A stretch of 57,447 bases of DNA from an uncultured delta proteobacterium (GTDB lineage Bacteria; Desulfobacterota; RBG-13-43-22). This document shows positions 50,575 through 57,447 of the stretch, piece by piece. Under the pieces are notes generated by a model. That model ran no database searches and was not told the DNA's origin. It saw only the letters and a list, made by a program, of their open reading frames with translations. The stretch spans positions 1 to 57,447 of the forward strand of contig CAWDKY010000039.1 of NCBI GenBank assembly GCA_963802945.1. Reading direction: 5' to 3'. Position numbers and translations under genes: made by a program. Positions within the stretch are counted from its first letter, which is position 1. Each line of letters begins with the position of its first letter.

Positions 50575-51550
50575 ATGAAATCGAAAACCTTTCCGCACCT
50601 GCCCTTAAAAGAACTCAAGACCTATTCCCTGAAAGATCGAAAGAGCAAGGTCAGCCTGGAAGATTTTGCCCGGCCTTGGTCCCCTGGAAATTCCTTTGAT
50701 GCCTTCTTAGAAACCTTGCCTAATGTACTTGCGGCCAAGGATTTTCGATCAGCCGTCTCGAAAATATTGGCTGCCAAAAAAGCCGACAAAACCATTCATT
50801 GGGCTATGGGCGCCCATGTGATTAAAGCCGGCCTGAATCCCATCCTGATCGGTCTTATGAAACAGGGATTTATTTCGGCCCTGTCTCTTAACGGCGCGGG
50901 GATCATCCACGATACCGAAGTGGCCATGATCGGCCAAACTTCCGAAGATGTGGACCGGGAACTGGGTAAAGGGACCTTCGGCATGTCGCGCGAAACGGCC
51001 CAATTTTTAAACCGATCCATCAAAAAAGGGGCCAAAAAAGGATTGGGACTTGGTGGGGCCGTTGGAGACTCTTTGCTTAAATCCAAATTCCCTTTTTTAT
51101 CCCAAAGCCTTCTGGCCACGGCCCGTCAACTGGACATCCCGGTAACCGTTCATGTGGCTATCGGCACGGACATCATTCACATTCATCCTTCCATGGATGC
51201 CAAGGCCACCGGCCAGACCACTTATCGTGATTTCCAAACCTTCTGTTCCGTTGTTCGTTCCTTGGAGAAGGGGGTGTTCCTTAATATCGGTTCTGCCGTT
51301 ATCCTGCCGGAGGTCTTTCTAAAGGCCGTTACCCTGGTTCGAAACTTAGGGTATCCTTTAAGGCGTTTTACGACTGTTAATCTGGATTTTATCCGTCATT
51401 ACCGTCCGGCAACCAATGTGGTCCATCGCCCTACCCTGGAAGGGGGACAAGGGTATTATCTGATCGGTCACCATGAAATCTATGGTTCCCTTGCTGGCTG
51501 CGGCTTTGGTGGAGGGCTGGAAGAAACCAAATCTCGGGAAAACAACTTGA
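50575..51550 (+). CDS. Conserved protein with deoxyhypusine-synthase-like fold (1-nt insertion near 51481)
   Basis: MGAHVIK.GL, NGAGIIHD.E, GTDIIH, GSAVILPEVFLKA; removing one T gives GHHEIMVPLLAAAL ending at 51550. Confidence 0.7.
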
Positions 51551-51681
51551 AAAACCGGCCCATAATGATTATCATATACTACAAAAATAACGTTCGGCCT
51601 TCATCGAAAAATATTTTCAAGATTCGTTGTTGCCCCAGGGATAAGGGGGATTAAATAGAAAAAAGACTTAAGGAGATTTTA

Positions 51682-51900
51682 ATGCCTATTTTTGAATATA
51701 CCTGCCTGGACTGTGGAAATGATTTTGAGACCATTGTCTTTAAATCCACTGAAACCGTTTGCTGCCCTCAATGCAAGCAAGAGAACCTTGAAAAAAAGAT
51801 GTCCAAGTTTGCTTTTAAAGGAACGGATCGTTTTGTAGGAACCGGTGATTCTTCCGGATGTGGAAGCTGTTCGTCTCATAACTGTTCCACTTGCCATTAG
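51682..51900 (+). CDS. FmdB-family zinc ribbon protein
   Basis: MPIFEYTCLDCG..FE, CPQC, tail CGSCSSHNCSTC. Confidence 0.9.
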   Translation: MPIFEYTCLDCGNDFETIVFKSTETVCCPQCKQENLEKKMSKFAFKGTDRFVGTGDSSGCGSCSSHNCSTCH

Positions 51901-51913
51901 ACAGGGCAAAAAA

Positions 51914-52182
51914 GTGACGAGTGAAGAGTGACGAGTTATACGCAACGACACAAATCTTTTTCTGTCAATCCCATTGTCAACGATGTCATACCGGACTTGA
52001 TCCGGTATCCAGAAACCTTTAATAACTGGATTCCGGCTGGAGCTTATCCCATACTTGATGGGGGACCGGAATGACGATATTTGGAATTAATTTTGCCTTT
52101 GTAAATAAAGAGAATAACGAAACAAGTCATATTACAGATCTCTTCACTTTTTTACCATCTCTTGTCTCCCGTCACTCGACAC
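51914..52182. repeat. GTGACGA heptamer arms flanking a REP dimer (51985-52075)
   Basis: gtgacga gtgaaga gtgacga ... gtcataccggacttgatccggtatcc ... ccggaatgac ... ccgtcactcgacac. Confidence 0.75.
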
Positions 52183-52198
52183 CCATCTCTTCATATAT

Positions 52199-53146
52199 AT
52201 GCCGATAAAAAAAATAAAGATCGGAACCCGGGGGAGTCCTTTAGCCTTACGACAATCACTCTGGGTCAAAGAGGCCCTGTCCGGTCATTATCCCCATCTT
52301 GAATTCGAAGTAATAGTCATCAAAACCACCGGAGATAAAATCCAGGATGTTCCTTTGGCGGCCATCGGCGGCAAGGGGCTTTTTGTCAAAGAAATCGAAG
52401 AGGCTTTGCTGGAGAAACGGATCGACTTGGCGGTCCACAGCCTGAAGGATATGCCCGGGGAACTGCCACAAGGCTTGAAGATTGGGGCCGTCCCGATTCG
52501 GGAAGACCCGAGGGATGTCTTGATCTCCCGGGATCGGATGCTGTTAAAACATATTCCCGGTCAGAAAAAAATCGGGACCAGCAGTCTGAGACGCAAGGCC
52601 CAATTGTTACACTGCCGGCCGGATCTTCAAATCGTACCCCTGCGCGGGAACCTGGATACGCGCCTGAAAAAGATGGAATCCGAAGGGCTGGCCGGAATTA
52701 TTCTGGCTGCGGCCGGCATTCATCGGATGGGTCTTAAAGACCAGATCAGTGAGTATTTAGACTTTGAGATCAGCCTTCCGGCTGTCGGCCAGGGGGCATT
52801 GGTTCTGGAAATCCGGGAAGCAGATCCCCGGATTCAAGAACTGGTGAATATCATCCACCATGAAACTACCGCCCTTTGCACTCAAACAGAAAGGGGTTTT
52901 CTCAACCGGCTCCAGGGCGGGTGTCAGATTCCCATAGCCGGCCATGCCTGGATTCAGGGAGAGCGTATTATTTTAAAAGGACTCATCGCCGGACTGGATG
53001 GCAGGAAGGTCATCAAAGATCAACTGGAAGGTCCTCTTTCTGATCCGCTGGGTCTGGGAATCCGCCTAGCTGAAACGCTCCTTAAGGCCGGGGGTCAGGA
53101 AATCCTGGAAGGCGTTTTGGGAAAAAAGCTTAAGGATGGAGTTTAA
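52199..53146 (+). CDS. hemC: Hydroxymethylbilane synthase
   Basis: IGTRGSPLAL.Q, GKGLFVKEIE, VHSLKD, GTSSLRR, RGNLDTRL, GGCQIPI. Confidence 0.98.
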   Translation: MPIKKIKIGTRGSPLALRQSLWVKEALSGHYPHLEFEVIVIKTTGDKIQDVPLAAIGGKGLFVKEIEEALLEKRIDLAVHSLKDMPGELPQGLKIGAVPIREDPRDVLISRDRMLLKHIPGQKKIGTSSLRRKAQLLHCRPDLQIVPLRGNLDTRLKKMESEGLAGIILAAAGIHRMGLKDQISEYLDFEISLPAVGQGALVLEIREADPRIQELVNIIHHETTALCTQTERGFLNRLQGGCQIPIAGHAWIQGERIILKGLIAGLDGRKVIKDQLEGPLSDPLGLGIRLAETLLKAGGQEILEGVLGKKLKDGV

Positions 53147-53152
53147 TAATCC

Positions 53153-54703
53153 ATGAAGGGAAAAGTTTTTTTAGTCGGAGCCGGCCCGGGGGATCCGGGT
53201 TTGATTACCTTAAAAGGCCTTCGACTTCTCCAACAGGCCGAGGTGGTCGTTTATGATTTTTTAGCCAGTCCTGAACTATTAAAACACATACCTAAAGAAG
53301 CGGAGATCATTTATGTCGGGAAACAGGGAGGAGACCATACTCTGCCCCAAAATGAAATCAATCAATTGATCATCAAAAAGGCCTTACTCGGCAAAAGGGT
53401 TGTCCGCCTGAAAGGGGGAGACCCTTTTATTTTCGGCCGTGGTGGAGAAGAGGCCGAGGAGCTGATAAAGGCCGACATTCCCTTTGAAGTAGTTCCCGGG
53501 GTCACTTCGGCCATCGCCGTTCCTGCCTATGCTGGAATTCCCTTAACCCATCGCCGCTATAATGCCGGTGTGGCCTTTTTCACCGGCCACGAAGATCCAA
53601 CAAAAGAGGGACAGGCCCTGGATTGGGCCAAGTTGTCCACCGGCGTGGAGACATTGGTTTTTCTGATGGGGGCTAAAAATCTTTCGGCCATCGTCGAAAA
53701 ACTTATCCGCAACGGGCGTCCGGCAGAAACCCCGACGGCCCTCATTCAATGGGGGACAATCCCCAGGCAAAAAACCGTTACCGGCCCCTTGAATACTATT
53801 GTCCAAAAGGCCAATGAAGCGGCCTTAGGTTCTCCGGCCATCTTGGTTGTCGGTAAAATTGTAGAATTGAGGGAAAAGCTAAATTGGTTTGAAAAACGCC
53901 CTCTATTGGGAAAAATAGTTGCCGTCACCAGAACCCGAGAACAAGCCAGTGAACTGGTTAATCAACTCACAGATCTCGGTGCCGAATGCCTGGAATTTCC
54001 CACCATTCGTATTGTCCCTCCTGCTGACTGGTCGGAATTGGATCAGGCCATCCTGCGTATAGATGAATATAACTGGATTATTTTTACCAGCCCTAATGGG
54101 GTGCGTTTTTTCTTTCAGCGGATAAAAATGCTCAATCTTGATCTTCGGATCTTGAAAGTAATTAAAATCGGTGTCATAGGGCCAGCCACGGCCCGAGTTT
54201 TGGCCGAATACCATCTTCGGCCTGACCTGATGCCGAAAAAATATCAGGCCGAGTATTTACTGGAAGCCCTGTCTGAACTCCAATTGACCAAACAAAAAAT
54301 CTTGATTCCCCGGGCAAAACAGGCCAGGGATGTCCTGCCGGAAGGTCTAAAGCAAAAGGGGGCCGAGGTCACCGTGGTTTCTGCTTATCAAACTTTACCG
54401 GCCTCGGAAGGGAAAGAACAATTGGAAAAAAAATTGTCTCAGGGAGCAATCGACTGTCTGACCTTTACCAGTTCCTCCACGGTGGAAAATTTTCTGACCC
54501 AGTTCCCCGGGCAGGAAATCCAACCTTTAATTCAAAAGGTCACCGTAGCCTGCATCGGCCCCATCACGGCCCAAACAGCTAGGAATAAAGGGCTTCCTGT
54601 CCATATCGTGGCCGAAGAATATACCATCCCGGGCCTTGTGCGGGCGATTGAGAAATATTATAGAGGGCAGAATTCAGAATCCAAAATTCAGGAGTCAGAA
54701 TAA
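53153..54703 (+). CDS. cobA: Fused uroporphyrinogen-III C-methyltransferase / uroporphyrinogen-III synthase
   Basis: [28 protein letters not shown], then a HemD domain ([30 protein letters not shown]). Confidence 0.95.
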   Translation: MKGKVFLVGAGPGDPGLITLKGLRLLQQAEVVVYDFLASPELLKHIPKEAEIIYVGKQGGDHTLPQNEINQLIIKKALLGKRVVRLKGGDPFIFGRGGEEAEELIKADIPFEVVPGVTSAIAVPAYAGIPLTHRRYNAGVAFFTGHEDPTKEGQALDWAKLSTGVETLVFLMGAKNLSAIVEKLIRNGRPAETPTALIQWGTIPRQKTVTGPLNTIVQKANEAALGSPAILVVGKIVELREKLNWFEKRPLLGKIVAVTRTREQASELVNQLTDLGAECLEFPTIRIVPPADWSELDQAILRIDEYNWIIFTSPNGVRFFFQRIKMLNLDLRILKVIKIGVIGPATARVLAEYHLRPDLMPKKYQAEYLLEALSELQLTKQKILIPRAKQARDVLPEGLKQKGAEVTVVSAYQTLPASEGKEQLEKKLSQGAIDCLTFTSSSTVENFLTQFPGQEIQPLIQKVTVACIGPITAQTARNKGLPVHIVAEEYTIPGLVRAIEKYYRGQNSESKIQESE

Positions 54704-54720
54704 AAATACCTAATCCATTT

Positions 54721-54986
54721 CAAAATTCAAAAGGCAAAATTCAAAATGGAAAAAGGGGGGAAGCCCCAACTCATTTTTCTCAAGTTTGTAAAAAGTCGTC
54801 ACTCCGGCGGAAGCTGGAGTCAAGGTAAGTATGATTGCTTTAAAACACTGGATTCCGGCTTCTGCCGGAATGACGTTATTTGAGTTTCGGTAACTTCTTG
54901 CCAGTTCATTTTTTTATTTTTCATTTAATTGTTATTAAAAAAAATTTTAGGACTTTAAATTATTTTGAAATTTGCCTTTTGAATTC
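54721..54986. repeat. CAAAATT heptamer arms flanking a REP dimer (54797-54875)
   Basis: caaaatt caaaagg caaaatt caaaat ... cgtcactccggcggaagctggagtc ... ggattccggcttctgccggaatgacg ... ttttgaaatttgccttttgaatt. Confidence 0.75.
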
Positions 54987-55000
54987 TAAAGGAGTTTATC

Positions 55001-55966
55001 GTGCCTCACATTTTTATTTCTGATTTAAAACCAGGAGACAAGATCAATCAATTTTTTTTAATCAAACGGAAAGAACGGCGGCGAACTCGTACTGGGAAGG
55101 ATTATCTGGATATTTCGTTGGCCGACCGGACCGGAACCATGGCGGCCAAGGTCTGGAGTGAAGCATTGGATCAATTCGACCCTTTGTTTGCCGAAGGGCA
55201 ATTCGCCGGTATTGCCGGCCATGTGGAAAGCTATCAGGATGAACTTCAGTTGAACATCGAACGTATCCGAGGAATCCAGCATTGGTCTTCCGAGCAACTC
55301 AATCAGGCCGGTTTTAATCCTGACTTATTGATTCCCGCCACCTCGTTGGACATACCATCCCTTTGGGATAGTTTGCTGACCTGGGTCAAAGAAGAAATCC
55401 ATCACCCTGCTTTGCAGGCCTTGACCCTTTCCCTTCTCCAAAACAATGAAGAAGGATGGAAGCAGTGGCCGGCTTCTAAAATATATCACCATGCCTATAA
55501 AGGGGGGCTTCTGGAGCACACCTTTCGTCTGGTTCAATTGGCCCGAGAGATGGTCAAGCTCTATCCGGAATTGAATCAGGACCTAGTTTTAGCCGGGGCG
55601 GTCCTTCATGATATCGGCAAACTCAAGGAACTGGAAGGGTATCTTTCCGAACATAATACCTATGAAGGGCAATTATTGGGTCATCTGGCCCAGGGATGGG
55701 AAATGATCCGGGAGGCGGCGCAAGAGATCTCCTGGGATGATCCCAGGATTTTGACTCAGTTGGAACATATCATTCTTGCTCATCACGGCCAATTGGAGTT
55801 CGGCTCACCAGTCCTTCCCCAGACCAGGGAGGCCTTGATGGTTCATATGCTGGATGATCTGGAAGGAAAAATAAAGATGATGACGGATCATATAGAACAG
55901 GATCGGGGGGAAGAGGCCTTCACCGATTGGCACCGGGTGTTAAAAAGAAAGATTCTTAAAAAGTAA
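55001..55966 (+). CDS. yhaM: YhaM-family OB-fold/HD 3'-5' exoribonuclease
   Basis: N-terminal OB fold (LADRTG), HHAYKGGLLEHT, LHDIGK, AHHGQLEFGSP. Confidence 0.88.
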   Translation: MPHIFISDLKPGDKINQFFLIKRKERRRTRTGKDYLDISLADRTGTMAAKVWSEALDQFDPLFAEGQFAGIAGHVESYQDELQLNIERIRGIQHWSSEQLNQAGFNPDLLIPATSLDIPSLWDSLLTWVKEEIHHPALQALTLSLLQNNEEGWKQWPASKIYHHAYKGGLLEHTFRLVQLAREMVKLYPELNQDLVLAGAVLHDIGKLKELEGYLSEHNTYEGQLLGHLAQGWEMIREAAQEISWDDPRILTQLEHIILAHHGQLEFGSPVLPQTREALMVHMLDDLEGKIKMMTDHIEQDRGEEAFTDWHRVLKRKILKK

Positions 55967-55971
55967 AACGG

Positions 55972-56620
55972 TTAATCTTGAGACCGATAGCTTCTATATA
56001 AATCCTGCTGCACGTCCTCATTATCAGGATCGATATCTTTCAGTTCTTCCAGCAAGGGCCTGGCCTGGGAAAATTGCCTCCTCCACAAATAATCCTTTCC
56101 CTCTTTTTCCAGAAAAACCTTCTTCTGAATCAGGGCCCTGGCTTTAAAATCATCAATAACAGTTTGCAACTTATTTTTCAGGTTCGGTTCCAAAGGAAGA
56201 AACTCCATCTTCCTTTGAGTCTCCTCATAAAAGCTGTTGATAAAAGACGGCCTTCCGTTTTCCGTGATCTCTTTTAAAAAGGAATCATCGGCTTTATCCT
56301 GCTTTGAAATGATTTCTTTGACCTTTTGGCGGAAGAGTAAATCCACCGGCGGGTCAAGTAGTTTTCCATAAGTGGCCTGGGAATCCCAATGCTTGTTCCA
56401 TCGTTCCAGGAGCCGGGCCTTTTTGATCATCAATACCGGATCAAGGGGGTCTTCCACCTTCAGCAGACCATCAATGGTTTTCACCGCCGGTCCATATTCT
56501 TTTTCCTGGCTGTAAATCTCAATCAACCGGCGAGAGATCATCTGGTTCCGAGGAAATCTTTTTTGCAGATCTTCCATCATCTCCTGAATTGGTTCGACTT
56601 TTTCATTTCCTAACAGGACA
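55972..56620 (-). CDS. C-terminal part of a TPR-like protein (5' end lost at the junction)
   Basis: Helical repeats (LMIKKARLLER, ARPLLEELKDIDPDNED); the frame stays open upstream of 56580 into the rnr-derived sequence. Confidence 0.55.
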
Positions 56621-57447
56621 TAAACATCTCGATTATCGTATGGGGGTAGCTCGTATCGGCTGGCTGGCCGTCGATTACCCTGCCCGATTCGTCTAAGACA
56701 AGCTCTATCTCCGGCAAATCGAGGTGCAGCATACCGTTTTTGTCGCGTCGTTTTTCGATAATCCGCGCGAGCGTATCCATATCCTTTAACAGCGGCGCGA
56801 CTTCCGGCTTGATGTCTTCGTATGGCCTTTCAGGAACCTGTCAACCTGCAGATAGGTCAGTCGCTGCGTCGAGCGGATGACGCCGTTGCTGTATCGGCGG
56901 GCCAGGATATTACCCTGGTAATCATAAGTTATATATGCGCTTTTAACAAACCTCGGCTGGTCGGGCTGCAAGCTGCAGACGCCGTTACTCAGCATTTCAG
57001 GCAGCATCGGTATAACTCTTCCCGGCAGATATACACTGTTACCCCGGTCCTTTGCCTCGGTATCGAGGGCGAATCGGGCGGCACAAACAAACTACGTCGG
57101 CGATGTGAACGCCCAAAAGCCAGTTACCTTCCTCGTCTTTCTCCAAACTAATCGCGTCGTCGAAATCCTTCGCGTCCGGCGGGTCAATCGTAACAATAAT
57201 TTTGCCGCTTATATCCTCCCTGCCCTCGATGTCCGGCGGGGTCAAATTTTTTCGCCGCCTGATGCGCCCTAAACGAGGGACCGTTGCCGCTAAATTCAAT
57301 AAGGCATAATGATACTGGTGGATTATCGAGTTTATTTCGCTTTCGTACCCGCCCGGCCTCGCCCAGCACCTCGACTATCACCCCGCGGGCAAAATACTTC
57401 TGCGAGGGATACGAAATTATCTCGACGACGACCTTGTCTTTCTCTTT
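56620..57447 (-). pseudogene. rnr: Ribonuclease R internal fragment with several frameshifts, truncated
   Basis: VTIDPPDAKDFDDAISL, LGVHIADV, MLPEMLSNGVCSL, RLTY, LHLDLPE, HTIIEMFM distributed over different frames. Confidence 0.9.

Overview
About 57 kb of a bacterial chromosome. Gene content and repeat families suggest Desulfobacterota/deltaproteobacteria (inference), probably from a metagenomic or long-read assembly, since several housekeeping genes carry small indels. Four zones are visible. (1) 1-15.1 kb, + strand: a mosaic surface-glycan island with methyltransferases, Ig-domain proteins, a GtrB/GtrA/GT-C-like cassette, an AlgI/AlgJ-like O-acetylation pair, GT4 and GT2 enzymes, and IS30 and IS3 remnants. 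(2) 16-20.3 kb, - strand: an unusual secreted-protein locus. It encodes a pre-pro-protein whose last 130 residues are about 42% tyrosine in a YYxYxYx heptad pattern, a small secreted protein, an FGE-sulfatase remnant and a sedolisin (S53) protease with a hydrophobic C-terminal tag. This is the best candidate for an undescribed system. (3) 20.3-56.6 kb: core genome (tsaB, rseP, dxr, cdsA, uppS, frr, pyrH, tsf, rpsB, ogt, two radical SAM genes, MFS, two-subunit fumarase, valS, serC, dgt, lptG, a sensor kinase, aconitase, a decayed pilin locus, a carboxylesterase, hemC, cobA-hemD, yhaM) with many palindromic and heptamer repeats. (4) The last 0.8 kb: a frameshifted RNase R fragment joined abruptly to a TPR-like gene, probably a chimeric join. 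I recognised no CRISPR array, rRNA or tRNA. All calls come from reading motifs by eye; no searches were run.
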